Source: Prorocentrum cordatum
Taxonomy: Eukaryota
Reading direction: 5' to 3'
Assembly (NCBI GenBank): GCA_963575745.1
Contig: CAUYUJ010000161.1
Coordinates: 62,001 to 117,414 of the forward strand
DNA: 55,414 nucleotides
Shown here: piece after piece, positions 1-11,681 of the stretch
Layout of the letters: every line of letters starts with the position of its first letter
How positions within the stretch are numbered: position 1 is the first letter of the stretch
Program-made: the position numbers and the translations under genes
The notes under the pieces: generated by a model
The model's input: the letters and a program-made list of their open reading frames with translations, nothing else
What the model was told of the DNA's origin: nothing
Database searches by the model: none

Positions 1-252
1 CGTCCCGTCCAGTGCGCATCTCGGACGATTTCATGTGAAATGCGTCGCGCGTGCGCGCCTACCGCAACAGCGCGGCAGGGCTGCGCGCAAGAGGAAGGTG
101 GGCTGTCACGCTGTGCTGGGTTCCGTACGGATCACGAGGGGGAGGAGGAGGAGGAGGAGGAGGAGGAGGCGGAAGTGGATTTTGCGGAACGAAGTTCTGA
201 AGAAGACAGGCGATGGAGGCGTATTTAGTTGCATGAGACCTCTCATCCCTAG

Positions 253-781
253 GAATTCCAAGTTTTCGCAGTACTTGGCGTCGGTAAAGTTGTTGACGGA
301 TTTCGCGGGCAGGGTCACATCGTTGCCTATGGTCAAGTCGGAGCAGTTCCACGCGGGGCCTTGGCACCGATTCCTCATTGCCACTGTAGTGGTCCGATTC
401 GTCTTGTTTGCCATGTTCATGTATCAGTTGTGGTCCCCAGTGTTACCCTCGGCGGTATTCGTCGCATTGTGGTGCTTTTACGGATATACAGACCGCATGA
501 TGTCGACTTTCTCGGACGTAACATGCGGCGCGTTCGTGGAGATGGCCGACAGGAGGTATGTGTCCCGCTTGACGTTCATGTTCGGTTTCGGGGGGCTAGT
601 CGTGGGCCTTGGCTTCGCTATCGCAGTCGCCTTACCAATGGTACCAGGGGAGACAGAAGTCATTGTCGTTCCTCTCCCTCCATTGCGCGGAAGTTGTGCA
701 ACGCGAGTACCATCACATTCCCTTCCCTCGATAGTTCTGGCCATGCTTTTTGCTTGGGGGGCGTCTGACGTCTGGGACTGA
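253..781 (+). CDS. C-terminal exon(s) of an equilibrative nucleoside transporter (ENT/SLC29)-like membrane protein; 5' exons lie outside the window
   Basis: Frame reads NSKFSQYLASVKLLTDFAGRV...VVRFVLFAMF...WCFYGY...RRYVSRLTFMFGFGGLVVGLGFAIAVAL. Four hydrophobic helices with a DFxGR motif and a terminal GxxxG helix resemble ENT TM8-11. AG|G acceptor at 251-253. The 3' end is uncertain: stop at 781 or a donor near 640. Confidence 0.6.
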
Positions 782-1264
782 GGATGCACCAGGTGTCGAT
801 GAGGGGATGGGTCTTCCGAACTTCGACAATGGAAAGCATCTCCAGGCGTGACCGAGTTCTGATTCAGGTTCGTTGTGCAACCGTCTTGCTCCTGCCCGAT
901 GGCCAGTGTAGGGGTCCCTCGATTGTTTCGGCCAATTTTTCCCAGCGTGGCAGGGCCACATTCACAGTCGGACGGGGCCAGGACGAGGATCAATCTGTTC
1001 CAAAGCGTTCCGGGACGCTCACAGGGCGTTCCAGAACGCTCTGAGAAGGCCGCGGCGCCCGAGGCATCCTCCTGAACCGCTGGATCGCGAAGATTCTCGA
1101 CTTATCCTCGCCCGATGTTAGCCTCGTCCTGGCCTCGACTTACACAGGATCTGGAGCTTAGTGGGCCCCGGAAACGGCAGGGCCGTTTTTTCACCGATTC
1201 CATAAATTATCCTGGCGAAGGACCCAACCATATGCAATTGTGAATACTGCAATTGTGAATATCT

Positions 1265-2920
1265 TCTCGGTGGAGCCCCCTACGGGGCCACGAAACGTAC
1301 GAGGGGTGTGCCGAAATGGGTGTGCGGGACGCATGCGGGCACACCCACTGGGGCCTTCGGTGGAGCTCCCTATGGGGCCACGAAACGTGTGATGGGGTGG
1401 TGTGCCGAAATGGGTGTGCGGGACGCATGCGGGCGCGGGCACTGGGGCCTTCGGCGGAGCTCCCTATGGGGCCACGAAACGTGTGAGGGGTGTGCCGAAA
1501 AGGGTGTGGCTGACGCATGCGGGCGCGGGCACTGGGGCCTTCGGTGGAGCTCCCTATGGGCCACGAAACGGGTGAGGGGTGTGCCGAAAGGGGTGTGGGT
1601 GACGCATGCGGGCGCGGGCACTGGGGCCTTCGGTGGAGCTCCCTATGGAGCCACGAAACGTGTGAGGGGTGGGCCGAAATGGGCGTGGCTGACGCATGCG
1701 GGCGCGGGCACTGGGGCCTTCGGTGGAGCTCCCTATGGAGCCACGGAACGCGTGAGGGGTGTGCCGAAATGGGTGTGGGTGACGCATGCGGGCGCGGGCA
1801 CTGGGGCCTTCGGTGGAGCTCCCTATGGGCCACGAAACGTGTGAGGGGTGTGCCGAAATGGGTGTGGGTGACGCATGCGGGCGCGGGCACTGGGGCCTTC
1901 GGCGGAGCTTCTACTATGGGGCCACGAAACGTGTGAGGGGTGTGCCGAATTGTGTGTGGGTGACGCATGCAGGCGGCAGCACTGGGGCCTTCGGCGGAGC
2001 TCCTATGGGGCCACGAAACGTGTGAGGGGTGTGCCGAATTGGATGTGGGTGACGCATGCGGGCGGCAGCACTGGGGCCTTCGGTGGAGTTCCCTATGGAG
2101 CCACGAAACTTGTGAGGGGTGTGCCGAAATGGGTGTGGGTGACGCATGCGGGCGCGGGCACTGGGGCCTTCGGTGGAGCTCCCTATGGAGCCACGAAGCG
2201 TGTGAGGGGTGTGCCGAAATGGGTGTGGGTGACGCATGCGGGCGCGGGCACTGGGGCCTTCGGCGGAGCTCCCTATGGAGCCACGAAACGTGTGAGGGGT
2301 GTGCCAAATGGGTGTGCATGCGGCCGCGGGCATGGGCCTTGGTGGAGCCCCTATGGAGCCACGAAACGTTGAGGGGTGTGCCGAAATGGGTGTGCGTGAC
2401 GATGCGGGCGGCAGCCTGGGGCCTTCGGCGGAAGCCCCTATGGGGGCCACGCAACGTTGGAGGGATGGGTGCGAATGGGTGTGCGGACGTTGCGGGCGCG
2501 GGCACTTCGGTGGAGCTCCCTATGGAGCCACGAAACGTGTGAGGGGTGTGCCGAAATGGGTGTGGGTGACGCATGCGGCGCGGGCACTGGGGCCTTCGGT
2601 GGAGCTCCCTATGGAGCCACGAAACGTGTGAGGGGTGTGCCGAAATGGGTGTGGGTGACGCATGCGGGCGCGGGCACTGGGGCCTTCGGTGGAGCTCCCT
2701 ATGGAGCCACGAAACGTGTGAGGGGTGTGCCGAAATGGGTGTGGGTGACGCATGCGGGCGCGGGCACTGGGGCCTTCGGTGGAGCTCCCTATGGAGCCAC
2801 GAAACGTGTGAGGGGTGTGCCGAATTGGGTGTGCGTGACGCATGCGGGCGCGGGTATTGGGGCCTTCGGTGGAGCTCCTATGGGGCTACGAAACGCTGTA
2901 CTGGGTGGGTGAAACGCAGG
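1265..2920. repeat. 90-bp tandem satellite, ~18 units
   Basis: Unit ggggccacgaaacgtgtgaggggtgtgccgaaatgggtgtgggtgacgcatgcgggcgcgggcactggggccttcggtggagctccctat recurs at 90-bp spacing (e.g. 1623, 1713, 1803). Confidence 0.97.
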
Positions 2921-2928
2921 GAAGAGGG

Positions 2929-3222
<294 letters not shown>

Positions 3223-3335
3223 GCAGGAGGGAGGGGGCAGCGGGAGGAGGAGGAGAAGGAGGGAACGCGGGGCACCGTCTCTTCAAAACGAGGACCCAAC
3301 ACCACAGGATGGTTGGGAAAAATGTTTCTTGAAAA

Positions 3336-3515
3336 TGGAAACGGCAAAAAAACGGCGACCGGAAAGGCAAAAAACGGCTCCAGGATTGGAACCGGAGCCA
3401 GAACCGGTCAAAAAACGGCGACGGAACTTGTCAAAAAACGGCGTCGGAACCGGCAAAAAAACGGCGTCGGAACCGGCAAAAAAACGGCAACACGGAACCG
3501 GTAAAAAAACAGCCC
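3336..3515. repeat. ~23-bp degenerate minisatellite (aaaaaacggcgtcggaaccggc)
   Basis: About 7 recurrences of aaaaaacggc...ggaacc. Confidence 0.85.
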
Positions 3516-4142
3516 GTTTCCAGGGCCCGCTAAGCCCAAGAGGACCCCGAGATCGCCCTCAGGCGGCGCAAGAGACCACCAGGGCGGCCCCAGCGTGCCC
3601 CAGGCGAGGGAGAGAGCACGCACTGACCCTTCGAGCCCTGCGCCCTCCGATGACCCCCGAGGCGACTCGCACAGGAGCTGCAGTGTCGGAGGCCTGGAAA
3701 TTGGCACCAACACCAAGACAGGGGGCTGCCTCCACAGGGGGAAGGCGATCCTAGATTTTCGGTGTTGGTGGTAATAGTTCGGCCACCCTGGGAGCCAGAA
3801 TATTACCACCATCACCGAGATCGGGATCTTCTTCCCTCCGTGGAGTCACACCGCCGACAAGCGGTCCCCCCTGTGACCCAAAAGGCTGCGGAGAAGACAA
3901 GGGGAACAGAGGGGGAAGTGAGACGGATGCAAGCAAGTGCGGAGGGAGGGTGCAGAGAGACTAACTACGCTTCACATTTGTGAATCCGCGTTGGTGTCAA
4001 TCTCTAGGCCTGCGACAGTGCCTGGCGTGGCCTCCGGCCCGTGGCCGGAGGCGCGCTGCGCCCGGCGGGGGTGGAGAGGGCCCCACGCGTGGCAGGCCCT
4101 GTTAACCTCGGGCGGGAGGCCGGCCGTGGCCGTGGCTGATAA

Positions 4143-4513
4143 GTCGGGCCTGTCCCCCTACGGTAGGTTCGTGTCGTGTCGACCGGCGGCGACCCCGCCA
4201 GCGGCGTTCAACTTTGAACGCCGCGGGCGACCCAGAATCGTTCGATGTGGAACGATTTGGACGTTTCGGAAACGGCCGATCGTTCAAGGTTGAACGATCC
4301 CCGCGGTGTCAGAAACCAACGCCGAAGTCGGCACGACACGGACCTGCCGTACGGGGGCATTTCCGACGAAAAATATAAAAGGTACCCCGAAAGTAGTCCA
4401 AAAATGGTCTCGGCACTCTTTTTTTGAGTTTTTGTTCTGACCTTTTCGAGGTTTTTGTTGGGGGTGCTTTTTCTTTTTCGTCGAAAATCCCCGTGTAGGG
4501 GGACACGCCCGAC
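4143..4513. mobile_element. MITE family C (TIR gtcgggcctgtccccctacggggg...ttccgacgaaaaa), with a nested insertion in its left TIR
   Basis: ~40-bp TIRs. Other copies at 21994-22162, 22760-22926, ~31700-31843 (right half) and ~35160-35314. Several copies are followed by TTAA. Confidence 0.8.
4161..4349. mobile_element. Nested Tc1/mariner(Stowaway)-type MITE with TA duplication
   Basis: TA|cggtaggttcgtgtcgtgtcgac...gtcggcacgacacggacctgccg|TA. Removing it restores the family C TIR. Confidence 0.8.
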
Positions 4514-4530
4514 ATGAGCCGTGGCCTTGG

Positions 4531-4695
4531 TGAGGGGGCCCTGGGACATCTAAATAGATAGACACAAGTAACAGGATCCCCCATATTTTCCAATGTTTTC
4601 TGGGTGTTCGCCTTCCCCCCGTTTCCCATATTTTCCCATATCTTCCCGGGGGTCGACGATTCATCGTGTCTGTGTGTGTGTTTGTTTCCTCCTGA
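4531..4695 (-). mobile_element. ~165-bp dispersed element family B (tcaggaggg...acacagacac...tatgggaaaatatggga...tgtgtccctggggccccttca)
   Basis: Homologous copies on + at ~9747-9920, 10152-10314, 15450-15612, 15818-16019, 18205-18360, 22190-22352 and 31190-31361. Confidence 0.85.
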
Positions 4696-4842
4696 CTTGG
4701 ATCTAGATGTGGCGGGTCCTCCTCGGGCACCCGCTCGGGGGCCGCCCCCGAGCGCCGGCGGGGGTGCCATCCCCACGACTGGCGGGGTGGGGTCAACCAG
4801 TGGCGAAGCGTCCTGGCGTGCCTATAGTTGGAGGTTGATAGA

Positions 4843-6641
4843 TTCTACAGGCTTACGCCACATCCGCCGACCCCTTCTGTGACTGTTGCGAGGCCAGGAG
4901 TTTCTGGCCAGCGGCTTCTTGTGTGAGGGTGCGGTGTCGCGCGCGGGTGGTGGCAGATACGTAGGGGGTCCAAATGTTTGCGTGATGCCGGTGGTCTGGG
5001 GCGTGTTTTGCGAGCGCCTTGCGTGCTGTGCACCCGGGTGCGGGGTGTCCTTCTGGGAGGTCGGCCTTTCGACCCTCAACCAAGTGGAGGAGCACCGGAA
5101 GACGAAAGGAGCAAGAGTAGCGTGCAGAAGCTGCGATCAGCGAAGCATCACCGCGAAAAATGTGGCAGATGAGTCGAAACGGGTGAAGAGGCTGTTGACG
5201 TTCGCAGCGCGCACGAAGCAGTTCGCGTAGCAGCAGCACACTAGCGCCTAACAAGATTGTGAGCACGTCGCGAGGAAGAGCAAGGCTGCATGCGCGGAGT
5301 GCATTGCAGTTGGCTTGACGGCTCGCAATGCGGAAGCGTCTGGGGGTCTTTGGGAGGCCTCCTGGGGGCCTCTTGGGGGCTCCTTGGGGCGTCCTGGCGG
5401 CCTCTTGGGGGCCTCTGGCGGCCTCTTGGGGCACTCTTGGGGCCCCCTGGGGCTCGCGGGGGCGGAAAGCTGGATCTTTGAATTTGTGGTTGCCCTCTTG
5501 GGCCCCTCTTGGTGCCGTCTTGGAGCCTTCTTGGGCCGTCTTGGGGACCTCTTGGGCCGTCTTGGGGCCATATTGGGCCGTCGTGGGGCCGTCTTGGGGA
5601 CCTGCTTGGGCCGTCTTGGGGCGGTTTTCGGAGCCTCTTGGGCCGCCCTGGACCGTCGGAAAACCCACGAGGCGAATTTGTAAAAACTATACGCTTCACG
5701 AAGGAAAGGAGCCAATTTTTGCGTCTAGGGACCCTCTTGGGGCGCATCTTGGAGGGCCCTTGGGGGCGTGTTGGGCCAGCTGGAGGCCATCTCGGATGTC
5801 TTCGATCGCTCTTGGACCGTGTGGGACCATGTTGAGCTCTTTGGGAAGCCACTTGGAGCGCTCCTGGAGCGCTCTTGGGGCCGTCTTCGGGGCTCTCTTG
5901 GGCCGTTTTCGGCGCCTCTTGAGCCGTCTTGGCGCCCTCTTGGGCTGTCTTGGGGCCCTCTTGGAGGCTTCTTGGACCGTCTTGGTGCGGTCTTGGGGGC
6001 CTCTTGGGCCGTCCAGGAGCGTCGGAAAGCCCAAAAGGCGAATTTGTGAAAAATGCACGTTTTACGAAGGGAACGGGCCAACTTTTTGCGTCTAGAGGCC
6101 CTCTTGGGGCGCATCTTGGATGCCTCTTGGGGCCTCTTGGGGGCATCTTGGGCCGTCTGGAGGCCGTCTTCGGTGTCTTTGATCGCTCTTGGACCGTCTG
6201 GGGCCATATTGAGCTCTCTTGGAGGCCACTCGGAGCGCTCCTGGAGCGCTCTTGGGGCCGTTTTCGGAGCCTTCTTGGGCCGTCTTGGACGCCTGTTGGC
6301 CCGTCTTGCGTCTAGGGACCCTCTTGGGACGCATCTTGGAGGCCTCTTGGGGCCTCGTGGGGACCTCTTGTGCCGTCTAGGAGGCCTCGTAGCCCGTCTT
6401 TGGGCCACCTTGGGCGTCTTGGAGCGCTCGTTTGGCGTCCCGGGGCCATTTCGAGGCCACCGGAGGAGTCCTTGCAGGATTTTCGGGAGCGGATGACCCC
6501 CCCGGGGGAATCGGGGGAATCGGGGGATTTGCCCGGACCCCCCCCCCCCCCCCCTCCAAATCGACCGGACTGGGTTCCCGGGGGAGGGGTTTGGGGAGGG
6601 GGAAGATCTCACACGCCGATGAACCCCAAGGGGTCGGCGGA
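4843..6641 (-). mobile_element. Helentron/HINE-like element family G, copy 1, with internal CTCTTGGG-type compound minisatellite
   Basis: Inverted 12-mer TCCGCCGACCCC (4863-4874) / GGGGTCGGCGGA (6630-6641). Hairpins at both ends. The 5340-6460 interior consists of 9-11-bp ctcttggg/gtcttggg units in a ~360-bp higher-order repeat. Confidence 0.55.
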
Positions 6642-7322
6642 CCTCCTACCCTGACACGTCGATTAAGGAATTTGCCGTTTTCGGTTCGCGAGAGGGCGTC
6701 AGGGCCGTCATTTTCGCGGGTCCAGGTCCGTCGGTTTCGGCCCCAAGCCGTTTTCACTAAGGGGAGGCTTACTAAAGGGAGGTTTGTCCACCGCCGACAT
6801 AGGCTTGTGGAGGACGATCAATGGAGAGGAAGCATGTTGCCAATAATGTCTTGATGTCTACAGCATGTGTTAAACATGGTTTGACCATGTGAAACACATG
6901 TTGCGAACATGTTTAGGACATGTTTCCGACATCATTAACACATTTTAAATTCAATGATCGGACTGTTAGGGTGTCCATTGTCGTGGCATCTACAACCATA
7001 GGCCTACCAAGCAGTGTTCTACGAACCATTTTTGTTGTTTCCACGAACTGCTCTTGGAACATTTCTGGCCAGAACGGTCTCGTTTTGGCACATCGGGCTC
7101 ATGTTCCAAGGACAGGGACCCAGAGATCCGATGTCGTGATTTTTTCAATACGCGGCCCCCAGAAGTCTCGACCCATTCCCCAGGACCGGTGTTTCATCCT
7201 GAGTCGTTTTTTGACGGTCCCGAGGCCCGGCGGGGGCCCCTAAGGGCAGAAATTTGCGACAAAAACTCCGTCTTGATTTTTTCAATGCGTAGGATCTCTG
7301 GGGAGGGCGGAGGGCTCGCCGC

Positions 7323-7710
7323 GGGGGAAGCGGGCCCTGGCGGGGAAGCGGGTGCCCCCGGGGGTCCTCCGCGCTCGGGCCCTCGGGGCCTCCCAACGGG
7401 CCCCAGAGGCCGTCGCAGAACGGCGCGGAGGCTCCTCCCGGGGGAAGGCCCCCAGGAGGGGAGGAGGAGGAGGAGGAGGAGGAGGAGGAGGAGGAGGAGG
7501 AGGAGGAGGAGGAGGAGGAGGAGGAGGAGGAGGAGGTGGAGGTGGAGGAGGAGGAGGGAGAGGCGGAGGAGGAGATGTGGACCGGGACCGGGAGGCGGGC
7601 GGCGGCCGCGGTCGGCGAGGGCCAGCGGGGCTCAGGGACCCGTTTCCCTCAGGGGAAGGCCCCAGGATTCCAGGATCCAGGACCCGTTTCCCTGAGGACC
7701 CGCTTCCCCC
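7323..7710. mobile_element. Possible MITE with GGGGGAAGCGGG / CCCGCTTCCCCC TIRs enclosing a (GAG)n tract
   Basis: 12-bp inverted termini plus internal repeats of the TIR motif. Confidence 0.45.
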
Positions 7711-7802
7711 ATGCTAAAGAGAAGGGGGAGAAGGAGGGAGGCCGGGTCGCTGGCGTCGTGGTCGAAATGGGGGCAGCAGCGCGCGGAAACCCAAGCGGAG
7801 AG

Positions 7803-7824
7803 CTTGAGCCAAAACGCTTGCGGA
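7803..7824 (-). other. Relict dinoflagellate spliced-leader sequence
   Basis: Minus strand TCCGCAAGCGTTTTGGCTCAAG, 18/22 identical to DCCGTAGCCATTTTGGCTCAAG, with the last 12 nt perfect. Confidence 0.6.
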
Positions 7825-8166
7825 AGGCGAGGGGTGGGGAGGAGGAGGAGGAGGAGGAGGAGGAGGAGGAGGAGGAGGAGGAGGAGGAGGAGGAGGAGGT
7901 CCAATGTAAACCCAAGTGTCATCCACGATGTTGGAGTAACCCACCCACCAAGCTCCCTCTTCATAGGCCCCTACAACGGTTCATTTCCGTTGATGGAACT
8001 GCCTCGTTGAAAGGCACTCGTGTGATAATCCGGGGCGTCTTGACGATTCTGAATCGTGCCAGAACGCCATTCCTAGGACTTCAACACAGAGAATCAGCTT
8101 ACCTGTTGCACCCGCATCATCCGAAATCCTTCCAAAACACCATTTCTGGTACGTTGATGATGGGAA

Positions 8167-8520
8167 TCCGCGAAACTCCTGCAAAGTTTTAAAGACGAAT
8201 GTGCGCCGCGCTATGGCGAGAGCTACATTTTGAAAACCAATCGCCCTAAATCCGTGAAACTCCTGCAGATTGTTTAAAACGAATGTGCGCCGCGCAATGG
8301 CGAGAGCCACATTTTGAAAACCATCCGCCCTCAATCCGTGAAACGCTTGCACATGTTTTAAAACGAATGTGCGCCGCGCAATGGCGAGAGCCACATTTTG
8401 AAAACCATCCGCCCTCAATCCGTGAAACTATTGCAATTGTTTGTTTAAAACGAGCCGCGCAATGGCGAGAGCCACATTTTGAAAACCACCCGCCCTCCAT
8501 ACGTGAAACTGTTGCCAACG
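8167..8520. repeat. ~84-bp tandem repeat, ~4.2 units
   Basis: tccgtgaaac...aaaacgaatgtgcgccgcgcaatggcgagagccacattttgaaaaccatccgccctcaa at ~8167, 8251, 8335 and 8419. Confidence 0.93.
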
Positions 8521-8630
8521 TTTAAGCTTCAGAGCCATGAAGGTGAGGAAGTCTTAGGCGAAACGCCCGGCCCGCCCTACAAACTGGCCTCGGGGTGTGA
8601 CAGGGAGAGGTTATCTATGAGGAAAAGGAA

Positions 8631-9000
8631 TGAATAATGATGATGATGATGATGAGGAGGAGGAGGAGGAGGAGGAAGGAGGGAGGAGGGAGGAGGGAGG
8701 AGGGAGGAGGGAGGAGGGAGGAGGAGGAGGAGGAGGAGGAGAAGGAGGAGGAGGAGGAGGAGGAGGGGAGGAGGAGGGAGGAAGGAGGAGGAGGAGGAGG
8801 AGAGGAGGAGGAGGAGGTGGAGGGGGTGGAGGAGGAGGAGGAGGAGGAGGAGGAGGAGGAGGAGGAGGAGGAGGAGTAAGAGGAAGAGGACGAGGAGGGA
8901 GGAGCAGGGAGGACGAGAATGAGGTGGAGGAGCGAGGACGGGAGAGAGGGAGGAGGAGGGAGGGAGGAGCGAGGATGGGGGAGGGAGGGCGGGTGGGGAG
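8631..9000. repeat. (GAT)n-(GAG)n purine-rich microsatellite
   Basis: Direct reading. Similar (GAG)n/(CCT)n tracts at 7456-7575, 7838-7898, 12930-13070, 16227-16460, 17965-18057, 19225-19610, 20030-20165, 25690-25830, 32045-32200 and 42120-42880. Confidence 0.95.
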
Positions 9001-10443
9001 GCGGTGGAGCGCGGCGGGCCCGACGGCAGGCGCAGCACGTGGGGGAGACCAGGATATCCCGGTTTGCGTTCGCCGTGGTGCCCAGCGCGCGGGCGCTCGT
9101 CGCAGGCCCGGGCTTCCCAGGGGGCGCTGGCGCGCCCAGCTCTGGGGACCACGGCGCCGCCCGTGCTCTGCGGGCCGCGGCGCACCGGTTCGTGCTCGGG
9201 ACGGACTGAGCGGCGGGGCGCCGTCGAGGGTCGGGGGTGTCCACGTGGGGGGGGGACGACTAGGGGCCCAGACCCCCCCCCCTCGCGTCATGACGAGAGC
9301 ACGGCGGGAGCTGTTTTGTTGCCACGTTCGGGCCCTGAGGACCCTCACCTGGCCTCGGGGGCTGTCAGGAAACCTCGCAGGACGAGAAACAAAAACGAGT
9401 CCCAGGTAATGAGGCGAGACCCCTGGAGGCTGGCGTTATGAAAACATCGTGAGGTTGGGGGTCTGGGTGGCTGGATATCATGGCCAGTGCCATGACATTC
9501 GAAGAAGGAAGGGTGGGCATAAGCACATACTTTTGGAGCTTCGCGCGAGTTTCTCGGATCGGTGCTGGGCCCCGGCGCCCGGCGCGCCTGGGGTGGTCCA
9601 GCGCCGATCCAAGAAATCGGCGCGGCCCTCCGAAAGGTCATGTTTATCCAACGCGTTGTCCTTCTGTCGGAGGGGGGTACTGCGTTAGGGGGGTGGAGAT
9701 CATGGCCAGGGCCATGGTAGCTCTCAGAGTTCACGGCCCTCTCTTCTCGGAAGGGAAAAAACACAAAGACGCACTTGATCGTCGATCCCCCGGAGAATAT
9801 GGGAAAATATGGGAAGTGTGGGGGGGGCGAAACGAAAATTATGAATATTTGGATCGATGTGTATATCTATATATATATATATACAAAAGGGAATATTGGG
9901 ATCAGCGCGTTCGTTGGACCCTCGTCGTCGCACACATGCCTCGGGCCAGGCCATTCTCTGCCAGAAGACGGCCCGAGAAGCCCCCAAGACGGCTTCCCGA
10001 AGGCCCCGACACGGCCCCGACATGCGCCTGCGCCCCTCCGGCATGCGTCCGAGAGGTGCCTAAGATGGCCGGGAAGCTGTGCAGTTCTGCCCCCGAGAAG
10101 CCAACGTCGTCCAATTTGACGGGCCTTAGGCAGCCCCATTAGAGACCACACTCAGGAGGGGAAAAACACAGACACAATCAATCGTCGATCCCAAGGAAAA
10201 GTATGGGAAAATATGGGAAGTGGGGGGGGGAAGACGAGAACCCGTAAAATGTTGGGAAATATGGGGAATCATATTACTTGTGTCTATTTGGTTGTGTGTC
10301 CCAGGGTCCCTTCACACACTAATTACCCCAAGATGCGACAAGAGTGTCTCAAGAGGATCCCGGCACGGCGCGAGTCGATGAAATTGCATCTGGCTTCTTG
10401 TAGGTATTCGAGCATTGTAGCATTGTTGCCTTTCGGCCCATAC

Positions 10444-10638
10444 TCGGGCCGGGCGAAAGGGGGGGATTGGGAAAGGGGGGGTTACGAAATTTGCTGCATA
10501 CTGCTGGTTTCGGCTTCACCGAGGGGCCCATTCCTCGATACATGGCCGCCTCCGGCGCTGGGAGGCGCCAGGAAAATCAGCTACGTGAGCTGACTCTCAA
10601 CCCCCCCCTTTGCTATCCCCCCCTTTCGCCCGACCCGA
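10444..10638. mobile_element. MITE with ~38-bp TIRs, TCGGG...CCCGA termini
   Basis: tcgggccgggcgaaagggggggattgggaaagggggggtt ... aaccccccctttgctatccccccctttcgcccgacccga. Flanks are CATAC / CACAC. Confidence 0.75.
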
Positions 10639-10785
10639 CACACGGTCACACGAATACCCGGGGGCAGCCAGAGAGGGCACCGCGGACGACCTCCTGGCAT
10701 TGGAGTAACCCGGGCTGCAGTCGCTGCGGAAGGCGCAGTGATATTTCTCAGCGAGCCCCATGCTCAAGGTAACGTTTTTGTCTTA

Positions 10786-10991
10786 TCGGGGAAGCGTAAG
10801 ACCCGGGTTTGCCAGGACTCGGGTTCGCCATCGTTTTTTGACGACCGCGCCTCGGATTTTGACGAGGAGGAGTTTTGTGGGATGTCTGCAGCGGGAGGCC
10901 TCGTCAAAATGCAGGCTCGGCCTCGTCGTTTTTTTGACGACCTCGTCGGGGATTTCCGAGTCCCCCGTACCCGGGTCTTACGTCTCCCCGA
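10786..10991. mobile_element. MITE family E, copy 1
   Basis: TIR tcggggaagcgtaagacccgggt / acccgggtcttacgtctccccga, flanked by TCTTA on both sides. Near-identical copy at 34776-34979. Confidence 0.88.
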
Positions 10992-11540
10992 TCTTACCGC
11001 AGCCTGCCAAAAGATAACGTTTTTGTTTTGCCGCAGCCCGTCCCCCACCCCCGGCACCCCAAAAAAGAAAGACAGAAGAACAGACACATCCAGGTATATA
11101 CATGCATGTGTACAGACACCAGCATGCCAGGATAACTCCCTACATACACTTGCAATCGCTATTGTAGCGACTCTGAGCTTGGCGTAAGAGATCGCAGGAT
11201 GACAGCACGACTGTCCAGAACGATTGGTGGAGGGTAGCGGTAGGGGGGGAGGGGAGGAAAAGGCGGCAAAGGACAGCATGTTGAGGATATTAGGCGTGCT
11301 GTTGAGCCCCCTGGTTTCTTCCATGGCCCGCGCGTTGATATTCGCATGTTGCACACATGCGGGCAGTTGGTCTCAGGCTGGCGGGCCTGGGCTCATCAGC
11401 TCGAAGGTGGATTCTGCTATTGCCAGCGTTCGTATCCTGACAACAAGATGTCTGACTGTTCGCGGCCGCTCGTAGTCGTTGGCACGGCGTGGTCTTTCGG
11501 CTTAACGATCATGGTTATTCCTTCCTCATCACCCACCAAA

Positions 11541-11681
11541 CCACCCCAACCCAACCCGAGGGCTCAGATTTACCCTCGATTTCCAGTGGGGGGGGGGGTC
11601 GGGAAACATAGAAAAAACACATGTGGAACCCTTAACCCCCCCCCCAACCCGAAATTCGGGTCTTCGGGTTGGGTTGGGGTG
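11541..11681. mobile_element. Small MITE-like inverted-repeat element
   Basis: 19-bp perfect inverted repeat ccaccccaacccaacccga / tcgggttgggttggggtgg. Confidence 0.7.

Noticed and set aside
1265..2920. Regular arrays here and at 8167-8520, 45795-46345 and 48645-50570 as CRISPR arrays
   Set aside because: The whole unit repeats, there are no unique spacers and no cas genes, and the context is eukaryotic.
8520..8570. Hammerhead ribozyme suggested by cgaaac
   Set aside because: No CUGANGA core or consistent stems.
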